Assembly: GCA_963664825.1 (NCBI GenBank)
Contig: OY761614.1
Location: forward strand, 224,001-288,000
Direction: 5' to 3'
Length of the DNA: 64,000 nucleotides
Source: an uncultured Holophaga sp.
GTDB taxonomy: Bacteria > Acidobacteriota > Holophagae > Holophagales > Holophagaceae
The position numbers were made by a program, and so were the translations under genes. Shown in pieces: positions 1 through 9,757 of this stretch; position 1 is the first letter of the stretch, and the number at the start of each line of letters is the position of its first letter. The notes below the pieces were generated by a model that was not told the origin of the DNA, ran no database searches, and was given only the letters and a program-made list of their open reading frames with translations.

Positions 1-1757
1 GCAACCGCCTCGAAAAGCATTTCAAGAACATGCAGGATCTGGAATTCACCATCGAGCAGCGCAAGCTCTACATGCTCCAGACACGCAACGGCAAGCGCAC
101 CGCCCTGGCGGGCATCCGCATCGCCATCGACATGGTGCAAGAGGGCCTCATCGACGAGCAGGAAGGCCTGAAGCGCATCAATCCCGATGACCTCACCCAG
201 CTGCTGGCGCCCATCTTCGATAACAAGGAGAAGAACGCCCTCAAGAAGGCCGGCAAGCTGATGGCCAAGGGCCTGCCCGCGGGCCCCGGCGCCGCCACCG
301 GCATCATCGCCCTCTCCGCGGTGGAGGCCGAACAGCTCTCCGCCAAGGGCCCCGTAGTCCTGGTGCGCATCGAAACCTCCCCCGAGGATCTGGCTGGCAT
401 GGTGGCCGCTCAGGGCATCCTCACCGCCCGCGGCGGCATGACCTCCCACGCCGCCGTGGTCGCCCGCGGCATGGGCAAGCCCTGCGTCTGCGGCGCCTCC
501 AACCTCAATATCGACGTGGCCAAGCGCACCGTCTCCGTGGGCGACGTGGTGCTGAAGGCCGGCGTGGACTACATCTCCATCGATGGCAGCGCCGGCGAGA
601 TCTATGCCGGCCAGCTCAGCGCCTTCCCCTCCGAAGTGAACCAGGTGCTGGTCGACAAGTGCCTCAAGGCCGAGGAGAGCGAGACCTACCAGCGCTTCGC
701 CAAGATCATGGCCTGGGCCAACAAATACCGCACCATGAAGGTCCGCACCAACGCCGACACCCCCAACGATGCCAAGGTGGCCGTGGCCTTCGGCGCCGAG
801 GGCGTGGGCCTGTGCCGCACGGAGCACATGTTCTTCGAGGGCGAGCGCATCCTCGCGGTGCGCGAGATGATCCTGAGCAAGGATGTGGAGGGCCGCAAGA
901 AGGCCCTGGCCAAGCTCCTGCCCATGCAGCGCAAGGATTTCGAAGGCATCTTCGAGGCCATGAACGGCCTGCCCGTCAATATCCGCCTCATCGATCCCCC
1001 CCTGCACGAATTCGTGCCCCACGATGAGAAGGGCCAGGCCGATATGGCCAAGGTCCTCGGCGTTTCCCTGGAAGAGGTCCAGCAGCGCGTCGCCAAGCTC
1101 CACGAGTTCAACCCCATGATGGGCCACCGCGGCTGCCGTCTCGGCATCACCTATCCCGAGATCATCCGCATGCAGATGCGCGCCATCGCCGAGGCCGCCA
1201 TCAATGTCGCCAAGAAGGGCATCAAGGCCCACCCCGAAGTGATGGTGCCCCTCATCGGCCATGTGAAGGAACTGGCCTTCACCAAGGCCGAGATGCTGGC
1301 CGAGATCGCCGCCATCAACAAGGAACAGGGCGCGAACTTCAGCTGCCCCATCGGCACCATGATCGAGATCCCCCGCGCTGCCATCACGGCCGATCAGGTC
1401 GCCACGGAAGCCGATTACTTCAGCTTCGGCACCAACGACCTGACCCAGATGGGCTTCGGCTTCTCCAGGGACGACTCCGGCAGCTTCCTGCCCGAATATG
1501 TCTCCAAGAAGATCCTGGAGGACGATCCCTTCCAGAGCCTCGATCAGCAGGGCATCGGCGAGCTGGTGAAGATCGCCGCCACCAAGGGCCGAAGCGTCAA
1601 GCCCGACCTCAAGCTCGGCGTCTGCGGCGAGCACGGCGGCGACCCCCGCTCCGTCAAGTTCTTCTTCAAGGTCGGCCTGAACTACGTGAGCTGCAGCCCC
1701 TTCCGCGTTCCCATCGCGATCGTGGCTGCCGCCCAGGCCAGCCTGGAAGCCAAGTAA
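1..1757 (+). CDS. ppdK: Pyruvate, phosphate dikinase (5' end lies upstream of window)
   Basis: Frame open from window start. PPDK motifs [22 protein letters not shown] (phospho-His), [29 protein letters not shown]. Confidence 0.97.
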   Translation, partial: NRLEKHFKNMQDLEFTIEQRKLYMLQTRNGKRTALAGIRIAIDMVQEGLIDEQEGLKRINPDDLTQLLAPIFDNKEKNALKKAGKLMAKGLPAGPGAATGIIALSAVEAEQLSAKGPVVLVRIETSPEDLAGMVAAQGILTARGGMTSHAAVVARGMGKPCVCGASNLNIDVAKRTVSVGDVVLKAGVDYISIDGSAGEIYAGQLSAFPSEVNQVLVDKCLKAEESETYQRFAKIMAWANKYRTMKVRTNADTPNDAKVAVAFGAEGVGLCRTEHMFFEGERILAVREMILSKDVEGRKKALAKLLPMQRKDFEGIFEAMNGLPVNIRLIDPPLHEFVPHDEKGQADMAKVLGVSLEEVQQRVAKLHEFNPMMGHRGCRLGITYPEIIRMQMRAIAEAAINVAKKGIKAHPEVMVPLIGHVKELAFTKAEMLAEIAAINKEQGANFSCPIGTMIEIPRAAITADQVATEADYFSFGTNDLTQMGFGFSRDDSGSFLPEYVSKKILEDDPFQSLDQQGIGELVKIAATKGRSVKPDLKLGVCGEHGGDPRSVKFFFKVGLNYVSCSPFRVPIAIVAAAQASLEAK

Positions 1758-1804
1758 GTTTACTGGAACATTCAGAAGAGAAGCCCCGCCGCAAGGTGGG
1801 GCTT
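1700..1804 (+). repeat. Copy 1 of duplicated ppdK 3' end plus terminator
   Basis: Aligns by eye with 2545-2637. Confidence 0.85.
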
Positions 1805-1806
1805 TT
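1781..1806 (+). terminator. Intrinsic terminator of ppdK
   Basis: aagccccgcc-gcaa-ggtggggctt stem-loop followed by T-run, about 25 nt after the stop. Confidence 0.75.
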
Positions 1807-1873
1807 GCGTGGCCATACAGACGCACCCAAAGGAAAAGATCGTTCAGCCCCTTGATACATTTTTGGGAGCTAG

Positions 1874-1908
1874 CTACACTTTTTGTAGTGAACTACCAAA
1901 ATGGTAGT
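1874..1908. promoter_or_regulatory. Tandem CTAC-N7-GTAG palindromes, probable operator of the HxlR-family regulator
   Basis: ctacactttttgtag (1874-1888) and actaccaaaatggtagt (1892-1908), directly upstream of the tautomerase RBS. Confidence 0.6.
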
Positions 1909-1927
1909 GCCCGCTCAGGAGGCTACT

Positions 1928-2128
1928 ATGCCCGTCATCACCCTGCAGATCGGCCAAGGACAGACGAACGAGGACCAGAAGGCGCAGCTCGTCAACCGCC
2001 TAGCCACGGATGCCGCCGACATCACGGGAATTCCCGCCGAGAAGTTCGTCACCTTCATCGACGAATACCCCCTGGAGGCCATCGGCATCGGCCTGAAGAC
2101 CATCGAGGCCCTCCGGGCGGGGCGTTGA
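1928..2128 (+). CDS. 4-oxalocrotonate tautomerase family protein
   Basis: 66 aa, starts M-P (catalytic Pro-1), 4-OT-like pattern; RBS caggagg. Confidence 0.85.
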   Translation: MPVITLQIGQGQTNEDQKAQLVNRLATDAADITGIPAEKFVTFIDEYPLEAIGIGLKTIEALRAGR

Positions 2129-2159
2129 TCCCCGGCACTCCGCGGAAATGCCGGGGATC
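2127..2159. other. Intergenic hairpin (11-bp inverted repeat)
   Basis: gatccccggca ... tgccggggatc between tautomerase and HxlR genes. Confidence 0.55.
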
Positions 2160-2204
2160 CTCCACCCGAATGTTGGACAATGCTGCCTAGGCTGAGGAGG
2201 CACG

Positions 2205-2531
2205 ATGGCGATCCCGAAACCAGGCAGGCCCGTCCGCGGTTCCAGAACCGGCGGCCCGGTCATGGCGGTTTTCGACCTACTGGGCCGCCGCTGGGCCATG
2301 GGCATCGTCTGGCAGCTGGCCGACGGCACCCGCACCTTCACCGAACTCCAGGCGCGGTGCAGCTCCATCTCCCCGACCATCCTGAGCACCCGAATCAAGG
2401 ACCTCATCGAAGCCAAGCTCGTGGAGCGGACCCTGGAGGGCTACCGCCTGACCCCCGTTGGCCGGGAACTCTTCGCGATCCTGGAGCCGTTCAAGGGATG
2501 GGCCACGTCCTGGGCCAAGGGCCTGGAATAG
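2205..2531 (+). CDS. HxlR-family winged-helix transcriptional regulator
   Basis: DLLGRRW, FTELQ, ISPTILSTRIKDL, YRLTPVGREL pattern; RBS gaggagg. Confidence 0.9.
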   Translation: MAIPKPGRPVRGSRTGGPVMAVFDLLGRRWAMGIVWQLADGTRTFTELQARCSSISPTILSTRIKDLIEAKLVERTLEGYRLTPVGRELFAILEPFKGWATSWAKGLE

Positions 2532-2544
2532 TAGCAGGCCATGT

Positions 2545-2637
2545 CTTCCGCGTCCCCATCGCAATCGTGACCCCCTGGAAGCCAAGCACGTTCCACTAGA
2601 ACATTCCAAAGAGAAGCCCCGCTGCAAGGCGGGGCTT
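2545..2637 (+). repeat. Copy 2 (degenerate) of ppdK 3' end plus terminator
   Basis: cttccgcgtccccatcgcaatcgtg...cctggaagccaag...gaacattc..aagagaagccccgc.gcaagg.ggggctt matches 1700-1804 with an internal deletion of about 13 nt. Confidence 0.85.
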
Positions 2638-2656
2638 CTCTTTGGAATGTTCTAGT
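2595..2656. terminator. 28-bp perfect hairpin, likely bidirectional terminator between hxlR-like gene and hsp20
   Basis: actagaacattccaaagagaagccccgc-tgcaag-gcggggcttctctttggaatgttctagt. Confidence 0.8.
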
Positions 2657-3119
2657 TCTTGTAGCTGACGGCGATCTTCTGGGGCCGGATTTCCGGGCTC
2701 TTGGGCACCATCAGGTGGAACACACCGTCCCTGAGATCGGCTACGACCTTGTTGGACTCGACCTCCTCAGGCAGGGCAAAGGTCCGGCTGAAGGCCCCGA
2801 AGGAGCGTTCCTGGGTGTAGGAGCGCTCGCCATCCTTGGATTCTTCGGCTTCCCGGTGGCCACTGATGGTCAGCCGGTTCCCCGTCAATTGGACATCCAG
2901 ATCACCCGTATGGATGCCGGGCATGTCCGCGGCGAAGACGTAGGCATCGGAGGTCTCTTTCACATCGAAGGAGGGCATGAACGCATTGCCAGCCTCGCCG
3001 AGGAAATTGTTCTCCTGATAGGGATCCCAGCGGAGCAGATTCCGCATGATCCGGAAGGGTTCGAAGCTATCGGTCGAGACCGGAAGGCTGCGGGTTTGAC
3101 GGGTTCGGATGAGATTCAT
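2652..3119 (-). CDS. Hsp20/alpha-crystallin small heat shock protein
   Basis: FDVKET..Y..AADMPG, LTISG.R, ERSFGAFSRTF.LP, GVFHL.VPK; RBS aaggagg. Confidence 0.95.
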   Translation of the reverse strand: MNLIRTRQTRSLPVSTDSFEPFRIMRNLLRWDPYQENNFLGEAGNAFMPSFDVKETSDAYVFAADMPGIHTGDLDVQLTGNRLTISGHREAEESKDGERSYTQERSFGAFSRTFALPEEVESNKVVADLRDGVFHLMVPKSPEIRPQKIAVSYKN

Positions 3120-3171
3120 GGCTGGCCTCCTTTCACCCCACCATGGGGCATGAGCTTTATCAGCCGAAAGA

Positions 3172-3200
3172 AATATGAGTTAGATCAGATAAGATGTCAA
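3172..3200 (-). promoter_or_regulatory. Sigma70-type promoter of hsp20
   Basis: Minus strand TTGACA-17 nt-CATATT. Confidence 0.6.
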
Positions 3201-3283
3201 GGGGCGTTTTTTTCGAAAACCTCACCCAAAACCCATGGGTTCCCGAAATCCCGTCCCCAAAAGCCGCCGGGCGTGAATGGGGA

Positions 3284-4210
3284 TCAGCTTCTGGACCCGT
3301 CCCGAAGGACACGGAACGTCGCTTCCAGCTTCTCCGCATCGAGGAGCGCCCCGGTGGTGGCCTTCAGGGCGCAGGCATGGCGGGCCGCGATCTGCCCTCG
3401 GAGGATGGAATCCTCCAGGGAGCGCCCCTCGAGCACGTGGCTGGTGAGAAAGCCCGCCGCCAGCCCATCCCCCGCCCCATTGGTATCAACCATGGGCAGA
3501 TCCAGGGCCACGCCCGGGAAGAAGCGGATCCCGGCGCCGGTGCCGAGGGCGCAGCCCCGAGCCCCCATGCCGGAAACAACGATGCGCTCCGGATGGCCCC
3601 CCAGGAAGCGCCGGATCAGGGGGGAGGGATCCGCGTGATTGACCGCGGAAAAAAAGAGAATATCGGCCTCACGGATGAAGTCCCTGCGGTAGGCATCCTG
3701 GGGATCGGCCACATCCTGGAGATCGCAGGCCACCCGCAGGCCTAGTTCCTTCGCCAGGGGCAGCAGCCTCCGGGCCCAGTGGGGGATATTGAAGTGGGCC
3801 AGGCGACATCCGCCCATGGCCGCTCGGCACTGCTCCAAATCCGGCCGAAGCTCCATGTGGGCCTTGCCATCGTAGAAGTTCTTCCGCCGACCGTCCCGGT
3901 ACATGATGTTGACGCTGCGGCTGGTGCCGGTGGGATCAAGAAAGAGCGCGGTGGTGTCGATGCCATCCTGGGCGAGTTCGGCGCGGATCTGCCTTCCCGC
4001 GAAATCATCGCCCACATATCCGATGAAGGTCGTGGAATGGCCCAGCTTCGCGTATCCCCGGCTGGCATAGCCCCCGGCCTGCCCCACATAGTCCAGGTTC
4101 TCCGTGAAATTCGATTCCACGGTCCAGTCGATATCCCGGCCCGGCAGGTAGACATTGGTGTCGATGCCGATATTCCCGATGACCGCGACTTCCGAAGGAG
4201 GGTGAGCCAT
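3284..4210 (-). CDS. PfkB-family carbohydrate kinase
   Basis: N-terminal GxVGDDFAG and C-terminal DTNGAGD motifs. Confidence 0.9.
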   Translation of the reverse strand: MAHPPSEVAVIGNIGIDTNVYLPGRDIDWTVESNFTENLDYVGQAGGYASRGYAKLGHSTTFIGYVGDDFAGRQIRAELAQDGIDTTALFLDPTGTSRSVNIMYRDGRRKNFYDGKAHMELRPDLEQCRAAMGGCRLAHFNIPHWARRLLPLAKELGLRVACDLQDVADPQDAYRRDFIREADILFFSAVNHADPSPLIRRFLGGHPERIVVSGMGARGCALGTGAGIRFFPGVALDLPMVDTNGAGDGLAAGFLTSHVLEGRSLEDSILRGQIAARHACALKATTGALLDAEKLEATFRVLRDGSRS

Positions 4211-4249
4211 GGCGGAGACTCCTGCGACTGCATCAGCCCTGAAGGGGCC

Positions 4250-4777
4250 TCAGTCCTCGGGCACTCCGGCAATGGCCATGGCCTCCTCCGTGACGCCCAC
4301 CATGTTCCTGGAATTCACCAGGACCAGGGGCAGCGGCGCGCCGGTGGCTTCGCTGGGATCGAAATAGGACGTCGAGCCCACGAAGCACTCGTGGAATTCG
4401 ATGAAACCCGTGTTGCGCAGCAGGAAATCCGAGGTGCGGAGGTTCTCCGGCATATCCAGATGGCCCCGGATGCTGCCGAGGCTGAGGAGACAGGTGACGG
4501 CGCGCCGTTCCAGGGGCATGGCGCCGGGGGCCGGTTTGGCTGCCTCGAGCCCCTGAGGCACCACCAGAATGACGGAACTCTTGTGAAGGGCCAGGAAGGG
4601 ATGGACCAGATCACTGCCGGGCAACACCGCCTCGGTGAGCTTCAGGATCTCGTCCTGGGCATTGAGAAAGCTGGGCAGCGTCTTCACCACGGGCAGATGC
4701 AGCGTCCCGCGGATGAACCCGGAGGGCGTGAAGACGATCACGGAGAGGGGTGTCTGGGACGGACGGGGCGAATCCAT
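4250..4777 (-). CDS. Hypothetical protein with two internally repeated domains
   Basis: Host-like codon use; IRGTLHLP..SFLN..FLALHK repeated as IRGHLDMP..DFLL..LVLVNS. Confidence 0.7.
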   Translation of the reverse strand: MDSPRPSQTPLSVIVFTPSGFIRGTLHLPVVKTLPSFLNAQDEILKLTEAVLPGSDLVHPFLALHKSSVILVVPQGLEAAKPAPGAMPLERRAVTCLLSLGSIRGHLDMPENLRTSDFLLRNTGFIEFHECFVGSTSYFDPSEATGAPLPLVLVNSRNMVGVTEEAMAIAGVPED

Positions 4778-4900
4778 GGAGAAGGCCTCCGGGGTGGGAA
4801 TTCAAGGGATGATAATCGAGACAAGTATGGACCTTCAGGGATCATTTGGGTACTCCCCGGCATCCCATATTCGTATACTCAACTCCCCTCCGGAGGTGCC

Positions 4901-5191
4901 ATGCTCCAGTCCACCGTCCATGCCGAGCTCAGCGCCGAGGAGTGGAGGCTTGTCCAGGAACTCCGGGCCCTGCCGGAGACCGAAATGCGCAACCGGGTCC
5001 AGCGGACCTTCGGCGAACTCCTCTTCTTCTTCCGCAACCCCAGGTGCCAGGGCCTCGGCATCGAGGGATTCCCCTGCGGCGAGCCCAGTTCCTCCTGCGA
5101 GGATTGCCAGGCCATCTGGGAGGCCCTGGACAGGGTGGCCGAACGCGCCCGGAAAGAGACCCCCGCATCGGCTCCCTACGCGGGCATCTGA
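4901..5191 (+). CDS. Hypothetical 96-aa protein with four-Cys cluster
   Basis: RBS ggaggt then ATG at 4901; C-x9-C-x6-C-x2-C. Confidence 0.7.
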   Translation: MLQSTVHAELSAEEWRLVQELRALPETEMRNRVQRTFGELLFFFRNPRCQGLGIEGFPCGEPSSSCEDCQAIWEALDRVAERARKETPASAPYAGI

Positions 5192-5240
5192 ACCTAGACC
5201 CACCCTCGTCTTCAACGAAGGCGCTTCTTAGGCCCTGGGC

Positions 5241-7733
5241 TCATCCAAACTTGAGCGGATCCTCCGGCCAGAGGTGTTTGGGGTAGCGCCGGGAGAGGCC
5301 CGGGCGCAATTCACGGTAGGTGCGCTGCCAGAAACCGGCCAGATCCGTGGTCACCTGGAGGGCCCGGTTATTGGGCGCCAGCAGGTGCAGCACCAGGGGC
5401 ACGCTGCCCTCCCCGATGCGAGGCCCCTCCTTCACCCCCAGGAAATCCTGGAGCCGGGATTCGATCCAGGGCGCCTCCCCTCCGTAGTGGACCTTCACCT
5501 TCCGCTTTCGCAGCAGCACCACTTCCGGGGCCCAGGCCTCCAGCAGGGCCGCCCCATCGGGTCCCAGGAGGGACTTCAGGGTCCAGGCCCAATCCACCCC
5601 CTCCAGATGCTTGAGGGTGCGGCATCCAGTGCAGGCCCTGCGCACCAGATCGCCCCGCAGATCCTCGGGCCAGTCCAGGTCCGGTCTCAGCTTGGCCAGG
5701 AAGGCCGCGCGTTCCAGGAGCCCTTCCACGCGCTCCCGGGCCCCCCCCAACCCTTGAGCCAGGGCCGCCTCCGCCAGGACGGAAGCCGTGCGGGGATCTT
5801 CCATATCGGCGGCCCGGCGGGTTTCCTCCAGGCAGAGGTTCTCGATCCAGAGGCTGCCGCGGCGTTCCACGAGGCCCTTTGCGGGATTGAAGGCCAGGTT
5901 CTCCTCGTCCCGCAACTGGTCGGAAAAGGCCTCCAACAGCCATTCGGGCTCCACTTTGGAGGCCGCCCGGATGAGCACCTCGCTATGTTTGCCCCGCACC
6001 TCTTCGGCCTCGAGAGCCACGATCAGATCAGCCTTCCGCACGCGGCTGGCGGCGTCCAGCCGGGCCCCGCCCCCACCCAGCAGGGCGAAGGTACCCGTGC
6101 CCCCCGCCTTGGCCAGCCGATCGGGATAGGCGGAAAGCAGGGCCCGCAGGAGGCGTTCCTCGGCATCCTCGGGCTCTTCGACCCGAGGGGCATGGCGATC
6201 CAGCAGGGCCTCGAAGGCGAGGCGCGCCTGGCGCAGGGCCGCCCCATCCAGACCCGCGGCCCGAATGGCCCCTCCGCCGAAATGGGCGGCCTCCACTTCC
6301 TGGTAGGCATCCAGCCGGGACCAGAGATCCGAATCCAGCGCGTGGGCCTCCCCCTTCCTTTTCCCATCGAGGCTATTCCTGGCCTGGAGGTCCCCCGTCT
6401 CCAAGAGGGCCGCGGCCAGGCGCCCCAGCTCGGGAATGCCTAAATCCTCAGCCGCCACCACGAGCCGCGCCAGGCGGGGATGGAGGGGCAGCGCGGCCAT
6501 CCGTCGCCCACAGGGCGTCACGTTCCCCCCTTCCAGGGCTCCCAGGCGCTCCAGCAGCTTCTCGGCGGCCTCCAGGGCCTCCCCGGGAGGAGCCTCGAAC
6601 CATGCCAGCTGCCCCGGCGCGGCGATGCCCATGAGATGCAGGGCCAGCAGGGCTTCGGCGAGATCCGAACGGTGGATCTCCGGGGCATCGAAGAGCGCCC
6701 GGGTCCGGAAATCACTTTCCGTGAAGAGGCGCAGACAAAGGCCCGGCCCCTGGCGCCCGGCGCGGCCCGCCCGCTGCACGCAGCGGGCCTGGCTGATGCG
6801 CAGGGTGCGCAGGCCCGAGAGCCCCGACCAGGGGGAATGAAGGACCTCGCGCCCCAGGCCCGAATCGATGACCGCCGTCACGCCATCAAGGGTCACGCTG
6901 CTTTCGGCCACATTGGTGCTGAGGAGCACCTTGGGCTGAATGGATGGCGCCACCGCGGCCTTCTGGGCCTCGAAGGAGAGGCTGCCATGGAGGGGCAGGA
7001 CCCTGAGCCCGTAGCGCGCAGCCAGGGGCGAGAGCGCCTTCTCGCAGGCGCGGATCTCGGCGGCGCCGGGCAGGAAGACCAGCGTGTGGCCCTGCGTGCC
7101 CTCCGCCAGGAGGGTCTCCATGGCCGCGACCACCTGGGTGGCCAAGGGCCTGTCATCGGGGCGCGGCAGGTGACGCAGCTCCACGGGATGGGCCCTGCCC
7201 TCACAATGCAGGGATTCCGCTTCCAGGAAAGCCGCCACAGGCTCGGCATCCAGGGTCGCGCTCATCACCAGGAGGCGCAGTTCGGGGCGGGATTCCACCT
7301 GGAGCCGCCTCAACAGCGTGATCCCCAGATCCGTGTGCAGGTGCCGCTCGTGGAATTCGTCCAGGATGACGATGGCGATGCCCTTGAGGCACGGGTCGTC
7401 CCGGAGCCTGCGCAGCAGCAAGCCCTCGGTCACGAAGCGGATGCGCGTGGCTTTCGAGCTCTTCTGTTCGAAGCGCACGGCGTAACCCACCCGCTGGCCC
7501 AGATCCTCACCCAATTCCTCCGCCACCCGTACGGCCGCGAGGCGGGCCGCCAGGCGCCGGGGCTCCAGCACCCAGCATTCGCCCTTCTCCAGCAGCCCCG
7601 CGTCCAGGAGGGCCCTGGGCACGCGTGTGGTCTTGCCCGCGCCGGGTTCCGCGGTGAGCACCAGGTTGCGCCCGGAGCGCAGGAGTTCCAGGACCCTGGG
7701 GAGGTGGGTGTCGATGGGAAGGGAGGTCAGCAT
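5241..7733 (-). CDS. hrpB: ATP-dependent RNA helicase HrpB
   Basis: LPID start, GAGKTT, DEFHER, MSAT, STNVAESS, QRAGRAGR, C-terminal TTDLAGFW..Y...RYPKH.WP. Confidence 0.95.
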   Translation of the reverse strand: MLTSLPIDTHLPRVLELLRSGRNLVLTAEPGAGKTTRVPRALLDAGLLEKGECWVLEPRRLAARLAAVRVAEELGEDLGQRVGYAVRFEQKSSKATRIRFVTEGLLLRRLRDDPCLKGIAIVILDEFHERHLHTDLGITLLRRLQVESRPELRLLVMSATLDAEPVAAFLEAESLHCEGRAHPVELRHLPRPDDRPLATQVVAAMETLLAEGTQGHTLVFLPGAAEIRACEKALSPLAARYGLRVLPLHGSLSFEAQKAAVAPSIQPKVLLSTNVAESSVTLDGVTAVIDSGLGREVLHSPWSGLSGLRTLRISQARCVQRAGRAGRQGPGLCLRLFTESDFRTRALFDAPEIHRSDLAEALLALHLMGIAAPGQLAWFEAPPGEALEAAEKLLERLGALEGGNVTPCGRRMAALPLHPRLARLVVAAEDLGIPELGRLAAALLETGDLQARNSLDGKRKGEAHALDSDLWSRLDAYQEVEAAHFGGGAIRAAGLDGAALRQARLAFEALLDRHAPRVEEPEDAEERLLRALLSAYPDRLAKAGGTGTFALLGGGGARLDAASRVRKADLIVALEAEEVRGKHSEVLIRAASKVEPEWLLEAFSDQLRDEENLAFNPAKGLVERRGSLWIENLCLEETRRAADMEDPRTASVLAEAALAQGLGGARERVEGLLERAAFLAKLRPDLDWPEDLRGDLVRRACTGCRTLKHLEGVDWAWTLKSLLGPDGAALLEAWAPEVVLLRKRKVKVHYGGEAPWIESRLQDFLGVKEGPRIGEGSVPLVLHLLAPNNRALQVTTDLAGFWQRTYRELRPGLSRRYPKHLWPEDPLKFG

Positions 7734-7760
7734 CCCCTCCAGGATCGCATGGAGGCTAGG

Positions 7761-8180
7761 ATGATTCCGGAGCTTCCCATGACCCCCGAGATCTTCAAGG
7801 CCAGCCGCTGGACCCAAGGCAACCGGATCTTCCCCACGGTGATTGAAGTGAGTGATACGGCCGTGGTGCTCCGAAAACGCCACGGGTTCACCAAGAACGA
7901 AATGAGCATCCACCTCCAGCGAGTGGCCAGCGTGCGCATCGACACGGGCATTTTCTGGTCGGATATCCTCATCGAATCCACCGGTGGCACCGATCCCATC
8001 ACCAGCCACGGCCACAGGAAGAAGGACGCCCTGCGCATCAAGGCCCTCATCGAAGGCGCCCAGACCGAACACCTGAAGGGCCCCGGCGAAGGCCCCACCC
8101 GGGTCTGCCCCTTCTGTGCCGAGACCATCAAAGAAGCGGCAATCGTGTGCCGGTACTGCGGGCGGGATCTGCCCCAGTGA
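7761..8180 (+). CDS. Hypothetical protein, bacterial PH-like domain plus C-terminal zinc ribbon
   Basis: CPFCAETIK.AA.VCRYCG zinc ribbon; alternative start at 7779. Confidence 0.75.
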   Translation: MIPELPMTPEIFKASRWTQGNRIFPTVIEVSDTAVVLRKRHGFTKNEMSIHLQRVASVRIDTGIFWSDILIESTGGTDPITSHGHRKKDALRIKALIEGAQTEHLKGPGEGPTRVCPFCAETIKEAAIVCRYCGRDLPQ

Positions 8181-8527
8181 TGTTCGAACTCGCCGCCCAG
8201 CGAGGCAGAATCAAGTTACGCATGACGGCGCAGCACCTGGGAGATGATCTCAGCGTGACTCTCTCCGGCGGCGACCGGCCCCACATCGGCGCGGTGGCCC
8301 TGGCCGGGCCACGGGCGTCATCTTCGGCCCTGGCCCTGCCCCAGCACCGCGAGGGGGAACTGGCACGGACAATCGCCAGCGCCCTCGCCGCGGAGTTCAA
8401 CGTGGCCGTCGCCGTCACCTGCGGCGTCCACCTGGACGAGATCCTTCCCGAGGAGATTCGGGATGTCCTGGAAATGGCGGAGGAACTCACCCGGGAACTG
8501 GTTTCCCGCATCGAAGGGAATGTCTAG
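8180..8527 (+). CDS. Hypothetical protein (LpdD-like)
   Basis: TGATG coupling to upstream gene; GGDRPHIGAVA, H.E..LA and CGVH motifs. Confidence 0.65.
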   Translation: MFELAAQRGRIKLRMTAQHLGDDLSVTLSGGDRPHIGAVALAGPRASSSALALPQHREGELARTIASALAAEFNVAVAVTCGVHLDEILPEEIRDVLEMAEELTRELVSRIEGNV

Positions 8528-8604
8528 GCCCGAGACCGAATCCCATTTCCAAAGCCAAGCCGCCTCGAAGCGGGGTGGCCTGGTTTGAATGCCCTCGGCA
8601 CCCG

Positions 8605-9757
8605 TCAGCGCATGAGGTGGCTGAGTTTCCTCAAGCGATTGGGCAGACCCTGGTGCGCGACTGGATCGGCCTCGGTTCCAGTGAAGGTCTTCATACCAAC
8701 CGCAGGTTGCGGGTTACCGCCGATGATCAGGTTGTCCGTGCCCTTGTTCAGCACGGTGTCCAGGGGGTTCGCGCAGAAGACCAGGTTGTGGTTCGTGGCT
8801 GGATCGAGGTAGATCTTGGCCAGACTGGCGCTGGGGTCCGCGAAGAAGCCACCGAGGTGGTTACCGAAGACCGTACAGAGGGTGCTGCCCCAGAGACCGA
8901 TGGCATCGGCCCCGCGACCTGTGAGGGTGTTGTTCACGAGGAAAGCGCCCCGGACATTGGTGGCTCCGATCCCCTCACCGGCGTCATTGGGCGTCTCGAT
9001 TGTGTTATTGAAGATCCGCGCCTGGATCCAGTTCTGCTCCGGGCCGTTCATGAGATAGATTCCCTGGGTTCCCGACCCAGTGCCGGTGCTGGTGAAGTGG
9101 TTGTCGTGGATGAAGAACTGCGAGGGTTTGGTAGGGACGAACAGGTCGCCGTAGTACTGGCTGACCCACATGGCGCATCTGCTCCCAATGGAGCGGTTGT
9201 GGGAGATCTCGAAGCGGGAGTTCTCGGCGGTCTCGATGTCCAGCCCAACCCCAACATTCTCGAAGACATTCCCCGAGCAAGGCGCGCCGCCCAGGATCAC
9301 CCTGGAATCCTTGAAGAAGTAGTTATTGCACACACCTGCAGCCGCCGAACGAACCTCGCAGTTGCGCATGGTGAAAGTTCCGCTCAAGGGGAGGTATTGG
9401 ACCTCGGGCGTGTCCTGCAGGAGATCACCCCCAAAGGTGATGCCGTTGACAACATTGAAACCGAAGTCTAGCCCCTGGGGATCGAGATCCGGCATACCTT
9501 CGAGGGCGATGCGATCGAGACTGACGTTCATGGGACGCTGCCCCGTGAACTTGAGGCCGTCGAGCCAGGCCCGGCAATCGTAGCCGCACATCAGGTATTG
9601 AATAGCCGTGCCGGAAGTGGCCGGGATCTTGATGGAAAGATCCGAAACCGCAATATGGCCTTCCACGAACAAAATGAAGCTGGGCCATCGCCAGTTCCTG
9701 GCATTGGCGTCGAGAAGACGGTATCCCTCACAGATATCCGGGCAGTCAGAGACGCCC
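8605..9757 (-). pseudogene. Right-handed beta-helix (pectin-lyase-like) protein, 5'-truncated by IS256
   Basis: Repeated I.NN/HDN/GN beta-helix turns. Frame stays open from 8605 up to the IS terminal repeat at 9758; no ATG, RBS or signal peptide at the junction. Confidence 0.7.

Noticed and set aside
7734..8072. N-terminal extensions in the ORF track (hrpB, secF, tonB, exbD, glnS, FN3 protein)
   Set aside because: They overlap other genes or lack an RBS; downstream starts match family N-termini.
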